NCBI GenBank assembly: GCA_963663405.2
Contig: CAXXSM010000053.1
Coordinates: 160,001-224,000 of the forward strand
From: a bacterium
GTDB lineage: Bacteria > Hinthialibacterota > Hinthialibacteria > Hinthialibacterales > Hinthialibacteraceae
DNA length: 64,000 bases
Direction: 5' to 3'
The notes under the pieces were generated by a model. The model had not been told where the DNA came from. It saw only the letters and a list, made by a program, of their open reading frames with translations, and did no database searches. The translations under genes and the position numbers were made by a program. Each line of letters starts with the position of its first letter. Position 1 is the stretch's first letter. Of this stretch, positions 52,201 through 62,116 are shown piece by piece.

Positions 52201-52459
52201 GAGTCAACCGGCCGTCGCTGATTGTGGCGTTGGTAAAAACCAACCTATCCAAAAGAGCAAAATGTCCATCTATTCCATATCCATCCACTTCAAGTTTGCT
52301 GTAAGTGTTATCGGGCAGATCGATGTTCCCAGTTAACAAATCCGAAAATGATATTGATTGGGCGCCGGCGTGTCCACATAAAAAGGAAACAGTGGATAAC
52401 GTGATCATGGTAAGGAATTGTATTAATTTATTCCTAAATAAATAGCGTGAGGTAAACAT
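49211..52459 (-). CDS. Large secreted protein with C-terminal FN3 and putative Ig (He_PIG-like) domains
   Basis: 1082 aa, signal peptide, beta-rich N-half, FN3 (FTVEWEP...GY.VRW...NGVPYLVTV), two GP.G(M/L)T...G...W repeats. Confidence 0.78.
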   Translation of the reverse strand: MFTSRYLFRNKLIQFLTMITLSTVSFLCGHAGAQSISFSDLLTGNIDLPDNTYSKLEVDGYGIDGHFALLDRLVFTNATISDGRLTHAEGSEPFRSYGLDFSFLGGAIDIHDGKLYLTSTLRLPQIFAMASDSDPTKPGASVYQPIEEQLTVYFDGENVGFSEIDLQLPDLILEGVGSLTGVTFQLATDPAFYLHVGGGIHLAQLSGVPGLDDDSSPGIDTELEVGKLQDRGMAYSGLKKFRIAASGLDQNIDGMDIVFLQSIDISIGDIMIDLEELERLASFYLEGSLTLTVLPAVDGIAIVEVTAGGKVKPWPIYISIFSSSKFFGFFELSDSQITYQFPNMFLYSVCNYLIPGVIKIEGTLSGGSWRTQFVTSLCPMTPASAYDDLDHFDDECVQNALNNWQDTNIGLCDTPEEARVWDTLFHGGISAHIQIPDAIPIVGGNELAGIDGRVTQDFIYARADFLLWYASALIRFGTSGVEFEGGWKQLAQPLNSWEIPYNQPYILEEPTGSLTPYAHWRQQKSSKPMSVEEKKPIAILSFMDNWNRVDASTTGNGMKPFQVSPAGETVTTLHVPEGAPAVIFRLNYENEDGAALAMTLTLPDRTILNFTDGFLPDGFSEVIGYSTLKPAAREGYFTIDSPAAGDYIITVSNEEQLGNFTVEALVMGNPAEIELLSVEFTGQANECTVTWDCHDPDDNASVFVYLDPDRTEGAGYIIGAYPEEGEINSHTFDTTALSVPAGYYYVAAGISDGQFGMVWDYSEERIFISDPDAPAAVTGIAVACGDRHFTVEWEPSTDPTVAGYAVRWTEQDDLGHFEGEYSVYGRENHQLTITDMTNGVPYLVTVLAISEETKFSHPETVLRVVPHAADGSTPPVLISAPYPYARIGVEYVYMPKFSDCERHFQNGIEMKWTLLNGPEGMTVQESNGFMQWTPTSEQEGVHTVKLERSIYVQGTLTETIDESFTIKARYAYELPASENSTNHILSSPSLSAVEDTTYQHQIEVYDPNGAPAFALLEGPDGLTCSETGLLRWAVPQDTKGGPIRVLVIYSDGEEEAYDFYLDVISPSNTLKGSSVRNFQELK

Positions 52460-52982
52460 TTTGATCCTCCATTTTTCATAGATTCACAATCGGATTTGAA
52501 TTTCACAGTATATAAGTAAAGTGTTTCAATCTCTGTTTATAGATGGGAACGGCGCAATGGTTTGATATTGCGTCTATTCTCTTCCATATAACACGCGATA
52601 TCCAGCTACCCTTGCTGAAGGACAAAGGAGATACAGTGGAATGACAGTTGATTGATTGTGTTCATGTTATACTAACAATAAGATTTTGTAAATACTAAAA
52701 AAAAATAAAAACGGTAAAATTGAAGGTTATAACAATTCTATTTTGTCGTCAGTATTGAATGGGTTGCTATTTGAGTATATCGGTTGGTTTATTCTTATGG
52801 GGCCGTTTTTATATCTTTGTTAAATTAATGAATGTCCATCGTAAAGAAATATGATACTATACGCGTATCCACTCTTTGAATGAAATGATATGTTTACATT
52901 TTATGAAGTTATTGATTATAATATGTAATATCTTGGGATTAACTTTTTGTGTTGAATGGATGGTTGACTGGAGTGTTTTTAG

Positions 52983-53954
52983 ATGGAAGAAAATAGATTA
53001 TTTGGCTTGTTTTGGCTGCGGAATGAAGGGCCGTTTGCTCTAGTGGATATCGGTGATCTTCAACGTTGGACTTCTGACTGTGGCCCCTATTGGATCGATC
53101 TGGATCGAGACGCCGAAATTACAGAGCGCTGGTTATACGGCGAATCCGGTCTCGATTCCATTGTGTGTGACGCGCTGCTGGCGGATGACACGCGCCCCCG
53201 GCGGGAAATGTTTGACGAAGGCGTGATGGTGATCCTGCGCGGCGTGAATCTGACCGGTGAAGAAGAAATTGGGGAGATGATTTCACTGCGTATGTGGTTT
53301 GATTCAAACCGGGTCATTACAGTACGCCGGCATGAATTAAAATCCCTTATCAAACTGCGCAAATCGATCTTACGTGGCCGGGGCCCTAAAACTCCCCAGG
53401 ATTTCTTGGTTATTCTTGTTGAGACGTTATGTGATTTGACTGAACCGGTGATCGATGATTTGACAGATGCTGTCGATGGATTGGAAGACCGGATCCTTGA
53501 TGAGGAATTGGAGGGTTTAAAAGAGGATATCGCCTCATCTTGGCGCAAGGCGATCGCGTTGAAGCGTTATTTGGTCCCTCAGCGGGAAACGATATCAAAA
53601 CTCGCCGCCGATACATTATCCTGGATGGATTCGCGGGATTGCGCCCAACTACGGGAATCGTTCGACCGGATAAAGCGTTTTACAGAAGACCTGGATCTGG
53701 CCTGCGATCACGCGAAAATCGCGCAGGATCAACTCATCAACCTGCATAGCGAGCGAACAAATAAAGCGATGTATATTCTGACTGTCGTCGCGGCGATCTT
53801 TTTACCACTCTCATTTATAACGGGACTGCTGGGGATCAACGTCGGTGGTATTCCAGGGGCGCATCATCCTTTGGGATTCCTTAGCGTCGTTGTGATCCTA
53901 ATTGGCATTACAGGGTTGGAATTGCTTTTGTTTCGCTGGATCAAGTTTTTCTGA
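52983..53954 (+). CDS. zntB: ZntB/CorA-family divalent cation transporter
   Basis: DTRPR, ILRGVN, RYL.PQRE, FLPLSFITGLLGINVGGIPG (GIN motif). Confidence 0.88.
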   Translation: MEENRLFGLFWLRNEGPFALVDIGDLQRWTSDCGPYWIDLDRDAEITERWLYGESGLDSIVCDALLADDTRPRREMFDEGVMVILRGVNLTGEEEIGEMISLRMWFDSNRVITVRRHELKSLIKLRKSILRGRGPKTPQDFLVILVETLCDLTEPVIDDLTDAVDGLEDRILDEELEGLKEDIASSWRKAIALKRYLVPQRETISKLAADTLSWMDSRDCAQLRESFDRIKRFTEDLDLACDHAKIAQDQLINLHSERTNKAMYILTVVAAIFLPLSFITGLLGINVGGIPGAHHPLGFLSVVVILIGITGLELLLFRWIKFF

Positions 53955-54065
53955 ACGGTTGCGTGTGATCAGATTCTCCAAAAAATAGTTGACAGAATCA
54001 CGTCTTGTAAGAACAATTAGTTAATATATAAAACTTAAATTTAGTGACGGGAAATCCTTAGTCAA

Positions 54066-57000
54066 ATGAAAACGCGCAAAAACACCATGTCGATCTTCAT
54101 CCTGGTTTCGTTGCTAGGATTTATTTCCTTCATTTATCCCGCGAGCGCGCAAAATCCGACGGCGAAAATTACCCCGGTTCCCAGCGCCCAAAGTGAAACG
54201 GCCATTACGATTCCAGATTTGGAGAACCAGAAAAAGAAGATTGAAGCGACAAAAACGCTTGATGATGAGAATAAGACCAACGTATTGGGATTGTACGATC
54301 AGGCGATCCAACAGATCAAATCCGCGAACGATTGGGCCGCGAAAGCCGCGAGTTATGACAAAGCGATTCAGGACGCGCCCACGTTTCTCGAATCCTTGCA
54401 AAAAGAATTGGCGAAGCCTGTTGTTGACGCTACGCCTGCCATTGATCCTAAATGGACGTTACCCGATGTTGAGCCTTTGCTGGCGAAAGCGGAAGCGGAT
54501 TATAGCGCCGCGCAAAACAATTTGGCGGATTTACACACGGAAGAAAAGAAGCGTGTCACGAGGCGGACCGATATTCCCACTCAAATCGCCCAAGCAAAAG
54601 AGCGGCTGAAAGGAGTCGATGCCCAGCTCTCCACTCCCATGCCGGCGGATGGGATCGCCGAACTCAACCAGGTGGAGAGAACGCTTCTCCAGACGAAGAA
54701 AAGAGCGTTGGAGCAAGAGAGCAACGCCTATGAGAAAGAACTTCTCAGTTATAACGCCCGTGGCAACTTGATCTTGGCGCGGATCGATTTCGCGTCACGG
54801 CAATTGAATCAACAAGAAAAGAATGTGAAATTCTGGCGGACTCTCGCCGCTGGAATGCGTCAGAAGCAGGCGGAGGAAGAGGCGCGCAAAGCGAGAGCGC
54901 AGACGGTGGAAGCGGCGCGGGAACATCCTCTGTTGAAATCGCTCGCTGAATTCAATTCCAAACTGGCCGAAAAGAGAACCGGTCCAAACGGGCTGGCGAA
55001 CCGGCTAAAGAAAGCCGAAGAAGACCTGAACCAAGTTAAAAAGCTCCTAGACACGTCGCAGAGTAATTATGAGGATATTCGAGCCCGCCTACAGGCGACG
55101 GGACTCACGCACGGTATCGGGGTGTTGTTGCGCAAGCAGCGAACGGAGATTATCGATCTCCGCCTGCATCAACGAAATATCCGGCGCCGGCAAACGGAGT
55201 TGTCGGAAGCGCAGTTGGAATGGTTCGATTATAAAAGTCAGCGGAGTGATTTATCAGATATTGAAACAACCGTTCAAACTTCCCTCGCCACGCTTCCTGA
55301 GGCGACGGAAGCCGTACGTAATGAGTTGACGCCCCGGATTGAAGAAATCCTCAATACACGAAAAAACATCCTGCAAGCGTTAAGCAATGACTATGACGAT
55401 TATATTAATAAATTAATCAACCTCGATATCGCGGAGCGTAATCTGATTGAACAGACTTCGAAATTCAAAGAGTATATTGATGAACATATTCTTTGGATTC
55501 GAAGCGCGAAAATTCTTGGACTCTCGGATACCGCTAATTTATTGAAGGCCTTGAGTTGGATCATTGATTATCATGGTTGGCGGATTGTGCTCGTAAGTCT
55601 TTGGGAAGATTGTGTTAACAATGTTTCCATATATGTCGTCTGTATGGTGTTATACCTCCTCTTACTCTATGGCCGGTTCAAGTGGGCTCCCCGTATTATT
55701 GCTCTGTCTGACAAAGGAAGACGGAAGAATCTATCGGATACCTTTGCCGATACGGTGGAATGTTTAGTCAATACGCTCTTCATCTCGTTTTTCCTTCCAC
55801 TGCTTATTGGATTTATCGCTTGGCGCCTTTCGTTATATGATGGGAATTCGGAATATCCACTCGCGGTGACATCCGGTTTATACACAGGCGCCGTCATCTT
55901 CTATTCATTGGAATTTCTACGGTATGTCTGCCAATCCAAAGGCTTGGGGGAAGCGCATTTTCATTGGTCCGTGGAGAAATTGCAACCTCTCCGGCGGGGG
56001 CTTCTCTGGTTTATGCCTGCGTTTTTAATCATTGCGTTTTCCTTTGCCATGATTGAATGGCAAAGTTCGCAGGAATACAAAGACACATTAGGCCGATTAT
56101 TATTCATCGCTGGGATGTGCGCGATTGGTGTTTTTATTAGACAATCAATGGTTGGTTTCGCCAAGATTCCCGCGCATCAGACCGGCGTATGGACGTTGCA
56201 TTCCTTAGATCAACGGCACTATATGTGGTATACGATTGCGCCGTATTTCCCCTTCGGATTAGCGATCTTGGCGTTCACTGGTTATTACTACACGGCGATT
56301 CAACTCAATTGGCGGTGTATCAGCACACTCTGGCTGGCGCTTGGCCTCTTGATTATGAATAGTTTGATCCAACGCTGGATCTTTTTGACACGCCGAAACA
56401 TCGCTTTCCAGGAATTGCAGCGGAAACGCGCTCTACAACTAGAAAGCGAAAGTGAAACCAGCGTCGAAACGGCGCCGCAGGAGATGGTTATTGAAGAAGC
56501 CGAATTGGATATCAAGGCGATTAATGAACAGACGAGAACCTTGATTCGCAGTTTTTTGGCATTGGGATTTTTATTGGGACTTGGATTGATCTGGTTTGAT
56601 ATGCTCCCTGCGCTGGATTTTCTCGATCGTGTAGAACTGTGGGAGTATGGCGAGCAGACAGTAACCACCGCCGTGGAAGAGGGAACGGGGGCGGAGGTGG
56701 GTCCAGTTATGGAAAAAAGCGTCGTCACATTAAAAAATATTCTAATCGCGTTTCTCATATTGGCGATGATGATTATTTCCACCAAGAATTTGCCGGGTTT
56801 GCTTGAAATGTTAGTGTTACAGAAAATGCAGATGGATGTAGGGGCTCGTTATGCGTACACGACTGTCGCTCGTTATATTATCACATTCGTCGGTGTGATT
56901 TTGCTGTGTGGATCGTTGGGGATCCGCTGGTCGTCCATTCAGTGGTTGATTGCGGCGATGACTGTGGGGCTTGGATTCGGGCTGCAGGAGATTTTCGCGA

Positions 57001-57545
57001 ATTTTGTCTCCGGTTTGATAATTCTCTTTGAGCGTCCCATTCGGATTGGGGATACGATCACCGTGGGTGATACCACGGGGATCGTTTCAAAAATACGCAT
57101 TCGTGGCACAACGGTGACTAATTGGGACCGGAAAGAACTGATCATTCCTAATAAGGAATTTATTACCGGACAGGTGATCAACTGGTCGTTAAGCGATAAG
57201 GTTCTGCGGGTGGTGATTCCGGTGGGGATCGCGTATGGATCTGATGTCGAAAAGGCGCATGAACTTTTATTAAAAGTTGCGGAGGAGAATGAAAATATTT
57301 TGGACGATCCGGCTCCCAAAGTTTCGTTTGAATCCTTTGGTGAGAGTTCGTTGGATTTTGTCCTTCGCGCTTTCATCCCAAGGATCGGTGTGATGTTAAC
57401 AACAAAAGATGAATTGCATTGCGCCATTGACCGGGAATTTCGAAAGGCTGGAATTGAGATCGCCTTCCCACAGCGCGATATTCATATTCGAAGTGTAGAG
57501 CAGCCGCTTTTTACGAATCAGAAGAACGACACTGAGGATCTTTAA
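54066..57545 (+). CDS. Large MscS-family mechanosensitive channel (MscK/MscM-like)
   Basis: Long periplasmic coiled-coil, multi-TM region, GLGFGLQEIFANFVSGLIILFERPIRIGD, IAFPQRDIHIRS. Confidence 0.93.
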   Translation: MKTRKNTMSIFILVSLLGFISFIYPASAQNPTAKITPVPSAQSETAITIPDLENQKKKIEATKTLDDENKTNVLGLYDQAIQQIKSANDWAAKAASYDKAIQDAPTFLESLQKELAKPVVDATPAIDPKWTLPDVEPLLAKAEADYSAAQNNLADLHTEEKKRVTRRTDIPTQIAQAKERLKGVDAQLSTPMPADGIAELNQVERTLLQTKKRALEQESNAYEKELLSYNARGNLILARIDFASRQLNQQEKNVKFWRTLAAGMRQKQAEEEARKARAQTVEAAREHPLLKSLAEFNSKLAEKRTGPNGLANRLKKAEEDLNQVKKLLDTSQSNYEDIRARLQATGLTHGIGVLLRKQRTEIIDLRLHQRNIRRRQTELSEAQLEWFDYKSQRSDLSDIETTVQTSLATLPEATEAVRNELTPRIEEILNTRKNILQALSNDYDDYINKLINLDIAERNLIEQTSKFKEYIDEHILWIRSAKILGLSDTANLLKALSWIIDYHGWRIVLVSLWEDCVNNVSIYVVCMVLYLLLLYGRFKWAPRIIALSDKGRRKNLSDTFADTVECLVNTLFISFFLPLLIGFIAWRLSLYDGNSEYPLAVTSGLYTGAVIFYSLEFLRYVCQSKGLGEAHFHWSVEKLQPLRRGLLWFMPAFLIIAFSFAMIEWQSSQEYKDTLGRLLFIAGMCAIGVFIRQSMVGFAKIPAHQTGVWTLHSLDQRHYMWYTIAPYFPFGLAILAFTGYYYTAIQLNWRCISTLWLALGLLIMNSLIQRWIFLTRRNIAFQELQRKRALQLESESETSVETAPQEMVIEEAELDIKAINEQTRTLIRSFLALGFLLGLGLIWFDMLPALDFLDRVELWEYGEQTVTTAVEEGTGAEVGPVMEKSVVTLKNILIAFLILAMMIISTKNLPGLLEMLVLQKMQMDVGARYAYTTVARYIITFVGVILLCGSLGIRWSSIQWLIAAMTVGLGFGLQEIFANFVSGLIILFERPIRIGDTITVGDTTGIVSKIRIRGTTVTNWDRKELIIPNKEFITGQVINWSLSDKVLRVVIPVGIAYGSDVEKAHELLLKVAEENENILDDPAPKVSFESFGESSLDFVLRAFIPRIGVMLTTKDELHCAIDREFRKAGIEIAFPQRDIHIRSVEQPLFTNQKNDTEDL

Positions 57546-57772
57546 GCCACACCAATATACCTTCTCACTTTACAATCCGGATTCAAACCGCTGAAGACGT
57601 GACGATACAATGGGCGCAATATGTGTATCGCCGGTCTTATTCATATAGGGTTCCTCTATCCATAACCATATTACATGGTTTATAATGCAAATTCAGGTTT
57701 TTTTGCAGTTTCATTAGTACACAATCGAAACTATACGATTTAGTTTGTGTCATCAAGATTGAGGCTAATTCC

Positions 57773-59200
57773 ATGTCTAAAAAAAAAGAGGTACAGAAAA
57801 AAGAAACAGACAGTCAAGAAAGCGCCGGTGAATCGAAAACTCCTAATCCAGCCGTCACCGCTCTCGTGTCTGTCGTGAGGTTTTTTCAGGAACGCCGGTG
57901 GGAGAAATACTCACGCGCCGTATGGGACGCTGTTTCGAAGGGGCGGTTCGCCTCATTATTTATGTTCTTTTTGTTAGGATTGGTGATTTTTGTCTTTCTG
58001 TTTTGCACTGTTCATAGCCGGCCGATCAGCCAGTGTGAGTTTCCAGCCCGGTATCATGATGTGATTAAAGTCTGGATCGAGCATGGTTTCTTCAAACATA
58101 TGGGAATGCGGTTCGGTCAGCCGGTGGACCAGAATCCTGAAGAGATCATTCTCTGGTTGTCCTATCCAATGAATTTTATTCAAGGCGCGCATCTGCTGCA
58201 ACGGATCAGTTATTTTATTTGGGGGGAATTCAGTCCTTTATTGATGGTTTTACATAACCAGGGGATTGTATGGATTAGTTCGGCATTGTTAGGATTTCTC
58301 GCGTTTCGGCTTTGTCTGCGGTTGCAGCTCGATCCATTTCACGCCCTGTTGCTGGGCGTGTCCTGCCAGGCCGTGCACCAGACCTTTCCGTATAACCTAT
58401 GGTATTATTGGGAAATCTGGCAGACGACCACGATGTTGATTTTCGCCATTCTTTATTTGATCGTTTTGGAGCGAACGACTCTAGAGGCTGCGTTGAAACC
58501 TTGGATTCACCGTCTTCGCGCGTTCGCGATTTTCTGTATTTTCTCGATTGAACATATCGGTGGTTTTTTGTACATTGCGTGTTCCTATTTGGTGATGGGC
58601 GTGTTGAACCGTACGTTGATTAAAAAACAGAAATTTCTTGTGACCGTTCTCTTACCCGCTTGCGCCGCTTTGGGAATTTTCGCCGCTCAGCGGTGTATTG
58701 TGCAATACTGGTATCCGCATTTAAAAACGCATGCGAGCACATTCATGAAACGTACTGGATTTGATGGCTCGACGACGTATTATTTGGATCATTCCGATAT
58801 TTTGCATCATAACCGGGATCCCTATATTGGCCGGTGGAAGTATTTCTTTATTGGTGGAGTGGCGTCGATTCTCTTTCTCGTTGCGTTTTCGATCAAAGAT
58901 CCCGCAATCCGGCCCGCGTTGTTCATCGTCATGACTTCGCTGGGATTGTATGTCCTATGGGCGTTTTTGTTTGGGCAGGGGGTGATTCTGCATCCCTGGT
59001 GCGCCGATACGTATTTGGTGGTAACGATGGCGCTTTCTCTGTTCGCGGTTTTCCCGGCCGCTCTCGAACGGTTAACGAAGTATACAGGGATTTTTGTGTT
59101 GATCTTCACGGTTCTCGCGTTCTGTTATTGCATGGTGCAATTGCGCCAGTACGCGCTCAAATGTCCGATTACTCAATTGGAGAGAGGGCCGAAATTTTAA
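57773..59200 (+). CDS. Polytopic membrane protein, possibly GT-C-like
   Basis: 475 aa with about 11 hydrophobic segments and a loop after TM1. No diagnostic motif. Confidence 0.65.
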   Translation: MSKKKEVQKKETDSQESAGESKTPNPAVTALVSVVRFFQERRWEKYSRAVWDAVSKGRFASLFMFFLLGLVIFVFLFCTVHSRPISQCEFPARYHDVIKVWIEHGFFKHMGMRFGQPVDQNPEEIILWLSYPMNFIQGAHLLQRISYFIWGEFSPLLMVLHNQGIVWISSALLGFLAFRLCLRLQLDPFHALLLGVSCQAVHQTFPYNLWYYWEIWQTTTMLIFAILYLIVLERTTLEAALKPWIHRLRAFAIFCIFSIEHIGGFLYIACSYLVMGVLNRTLIKKQKFLVTVLLPACAALGIFAAQRCIVQYWYPHLKTHASTFMKRTGFDGSTTYYLDHSDILHHNRDPYIGRWKYFFIGGVASILFLVAFSIKDPAIRPALFIVMTSLGLYVLWAFLFGQGVILHPWCADTYLVVTMALSLFAVFPAALERLTKYTGIFVLIFTVLAFCYCMVQLRQYALKCPITQLERGPKF

Positions 59201-59311
59201 GATTCTCATTGAGATGGAGAAAAAGAAGATGACCATGCATTTTATTAAATCCCTTGGATTAATTATTTTATAAAATTCAAATTGGATTATGCATAGTTTG
59301 GAGGAAACAGT

Positions 59312-61336
59312 ATGAAATCGTTACGGAATCTAATTCTATTATTTATGATCGCGGCGCTAGTCAGCGCGGCGGAGGATATGCCAACGGGAGCTAAATTTAC
59401 GAATTCGCTGGGGATGGAATTTGTCCGGATTGAGCCGGGCTCGTTCCGGCTGGGGATTGGAGAGACACCGCTGCCGGATGAGTTAACTGTGAAGAAGCAT
59501 TTGAAAAACGGCGATTATGATGAGCGGCCCGTGCGGGAAGTGACAATTTCGAAACCATTTTTTATGGGCGTCTATGAGGTGACGAATGAACAATACGAAC
59601 AGTTTGATCCTCAGCACAAAACGCTGCGGGGAAAACTGGGATTTTCCAAAGAAGATAAAGAAGCGGTGGTGTATGTGAGTTGGTTTGAGGCGGTTCAATT
59701 CTGCGAATGGCTTTCGAAGAAGGAAGGACTGCCGTATCGTCTGCCAACCGAAGCGGAATGGGAATACGCCGCTCGCGCCGGTTCGGACTCGAATTATTCC
59801 TGTGGCCCGGTTCTAACGGAAGAGGTTTATCGCGGATGGGCGCGTGTGAGCTGGTATCCTGATCCAGCGCGCAGTGATCAATCGGAAATTGTCTCTCTGC
59901 TGGGGGGCCAGACGAATCCTAATGCTTGGGGATTGTATGACATGCATGGCTGCGTGGAGGAGTGGATTCATGATTGGTACGGCTCCTATAGTGAGACGGA
60001 TCGCGTTGATCCGGTTGGGCGCGTCAGCGGTCTCTTTCGCGTTGTGCGGGGCGGGGCGCATTCGACGGAATTGTATTATCTGCGTTCGTCAAACCGGATG
60101 GGGAATCTGCCGCAGGATAAACATTGGCTGATCGGCTTCCGTGTCGTGTTGGGGCCTATGCCGGAGACGGATCCTTTGCCGCCACCGCCTCTCGAACGCC
60201 ACCAGCGCGGAGTCAGTCAAGTTGTTCCAGCCGATTTGAAAACGGGGCCTGATCCGAAGATTCCTTATTTCAAAGGACCAAGGAAGTATGTGAATATTCC
60301 ACCCGAATCCAATGGACCGATGTTTTCGCGGCACAATCACGATCCGGCGTTGGTGGATTGCCCGAATGGGGATTTACTGGCGATCTGGTATACCTGCGTG
60401 GAAGAGCGGGGCAGGGAACTGGGCTTGTTGGCGAGCCGTCTGCGGTATGGACAGGAGGAATGGGAGCCGGCGTCGCCGTTTTGGGATGTCCCCGATCGGA
60501 ACGATCATGCGCCTGCGATGTATTTTGATGGGGAGAAGACGATTTATCAATTTGGCGGTCTTTCCGCCGCGGCGACGTGGGGAAACTTGGCGACGGTGAT
60601 GCGTGTCTCCACCGACAGTGGGGCGTCGTGGTCGGCTCCACAAATAATTATCCCCGAACATGGGACTCAACATATGCCCGTTGAATCGGTTTTCCGGATG
60701 AAGGATGGGACGATCGTTCTGCCCTGTGACGCGGTGACCGGCGGGAAAGGTGGAACGGTGATTCACCTGAGTAAGGATGAGGGAAAAACGTGGAAGCAGG
60801 CGGGCGGAATCATCGCGGGGATTCATGCGGGAGTCGTAGAGATCGGCGCCGGGCATTTATTAGCGTTGGGGCGCGGCGATACGATTGATGGAAAAATGCC
60901 GATGAGTATTTCAACGGACCGGGGAGAAACCTGGACGCGGAAAGCGAGTCCGTTTCCGCCGATCAGCGGGGGACAGCGGTTGGCTTTGCTGCGTTTGCGG
61001 GAAGGGCCGCTGTTTCTTGCATCGTTCGCCAATGAGCCGGTGACGATCACGGACGCGTCTGACGCGCAGCGGTCAGTGAAAGGCCTGTTCGCGGCGTTGT
61101 CGTATGATGATGGCGCGGCGTGGACGATTCGGCGGCCGATCAGTGATGATGGGGAAGGGCGTCAAGTGGAATCAACCGATGGAGGTATGTTCACGATGAA
61201 CGCGAGCCAGGGGGAACCGAAGGGGTATCTCTCCGTCACGCAGACGCCCAACGGTATGATTCACTTGATTAGCAGCCGGCAGCATTACGCTTTTAATTTT
61301 GCTTGGCTCGAAGCGGCTGCCCCAGCGTTGGATTGA
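59312..61336 (+). CDS. FGE-sulfatase (SUMF1) domain fused to a BNR/sialidase domain
   Basis: LPTEAEWEYAARAG, NAWGLYDMHG.V.EW, GFRVV; then Asp-boxes STDSGASW, SKDEGKTW, STDRGETW, SYDDGAAW. Confidence 0.9.
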   Translation: MKSLRNLILLFMIAALVSAAEDMPTGAKFTNSLGMEFVRIEPGSFRLGIGETPLPDELTVKKHLKNGDYDERPVREVTISKPFFMGVYEVTNEQYEQFDPQHKTLRGKLGFSKEDKEAVVYVSWFEAVQFCEWLSKKEGLPYRLPTEAEWEYAARAGSDSNYSCGPVLTEEVYRGWARVSWYPDPARSDQSEIVSLLGGQTNPNAWGLYDMHGCVEEWIHDWYGSYSETDRVDPVGRVSGLFRVVRGGAHSTELYYLRSSNRMGNLPQDKHWLIGFRVVLGPMPETDPLPPPPLERHQRGVSQVVPADLKTGPDPKIPYFKGPRKYVNIPPESNGPMFSRHNHDPALVDCPNGDLLAIWYTCVEERGRELGLLASRLRYGQEEWEPASPFWDVPDRNDHAPAMYFDGEKTIYQFGGLSAAATWGNLATVMRVSTDSGASWSAPQIIIPEHGTQHMPVESVFRMKDGTIVLPCDAVTGGKGGTVIHLSKDEGKTWKQAGGIIAGIHAGVVEIGAGHLLALGRGDTIDGKMPMSISTDRGETWTRKASPFPPISGGQRLALLRLREGPLFLASFANEPVTITDASDAQRSVKGLFAALSYDDGAAWTIRRPISDDGEGRQVESTDGGMFTMNASQGEPKGYLSVTQTPNGMIHLISSRQHYAFNFAWLEAAAPALD

Positions 61337-61363
61337 ATGTAAAGTATGTTTCTGGAACGTAGA

Positions 61364-61397
61364 CCAGGGCAGATGAAAAACCTTGCCCTGGCTACCC
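61364..61397 (-). repeat. Hairpin family B, copy 4
   Basis: Reverse complement GGGTAG CCAGGGCA AGGTTTTTCATC TGCCCTGG. Confidence 0.82.
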
Positions 61398-61480
61398 GAC
61401 GGCTGTTTCATCGTTGAATTGAATGTAAACTATTCATATTTAATGGAATCAATAGATCTGAATTGGGAAAGGAGAGACTG

Positions 61481-62056
61481 ATGAAAGTTGTCGCGTTTAA
61501 TGGCAGCGCCCGCAAGAAAGGCAACACCGAGATTATGATTCAATCTGTATTCGGTGAATTGAAGAAAAAAGATATTGATACGGAATCGATCTCATTGGCG
61601 GGGAAAAAGATCCGTGGATGTGTCGCGTGTTATAAGTGTTTTAAAAACAAAGACAAGCGTTGCGCGGTGAAGGGGGATATCATCAATGAGTGCATTGAAA
61701 AAATGCTGAAAGCGGATGGTATCATACTTGCGTCGCCGACGTATTTCGCGGATGTCTCGGCGGAGATGAAAGCGCTGATCGATCGGGCGGGATTGGTGTC
61801 GCGGGCGAATGATGATATGTTCAAACGCAAAGTGGGCGCTTCGATTGTTACCGCGCGCCGGGGGGGGGAGATTCACGCGTTTGATACGATGAATCATTTC
61901 TTTCTGATCGGGCAGATGGTCGTGCCCGGTTCGATTTATTGGAATATGGGATTTGGAAAAGACAAAGGGGAAGTGGAGAAGGATGAAGAGGGGATCTTGA
62001 CGATGAAAACCCTTGGGAAAAACATGGCTTGGTTGTTGAAAAAGATTAATGAGTGA
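61481..62056 (+). CDS. Flavodoxin family / iron-sulfur flavoprotein
   Basis: NGS.RK.GNT, C..C..C......C motif, ASPTYF, RRGG. ATG at 61481 follows AGGAG. Confidence 0.9.
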   Translation: MKVVAFNGSARKKGNTEIMIQSVFGELKKKDIDTESISLAGKKIRGCVACYKCFKNKDKRCAVKGDIINECIEKMLKADGIILASPTYFADVSAEMKALIDRAGLVSRANDDMFKRKVGASIVTARRGGEIHAFDTMNHFFLIGQMVVPGSIYWNMGFGKDKGEVEKDEEGILTMKTLGKNMAWLLKKINE

Positions 62057-62071
62057 TGGGAAATGAGAGAG

Positions 62072-62094
62072 GAACGGCGCGTTTCGCGCCGTTC
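62072..62094. terminator. Hairpin between convergent genes (probable terminator)
   Basis: GAACGGCGCG-TTT-CGCGCCGTTC, a perfect 10-bp stem. Confidence 0.7.
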
Positions 62095-62116
62095 TGTTTA
62101 TGTGATTCCGCAACGA

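Noticed and set aside
52460-52980. c-di-GMP riboswitch or ncRNA upstream of the large secreted gene
   Set aside because: Only one hairpin (GGCGCAAT...ATTGCGTC) is present, without the GEMM consensus.
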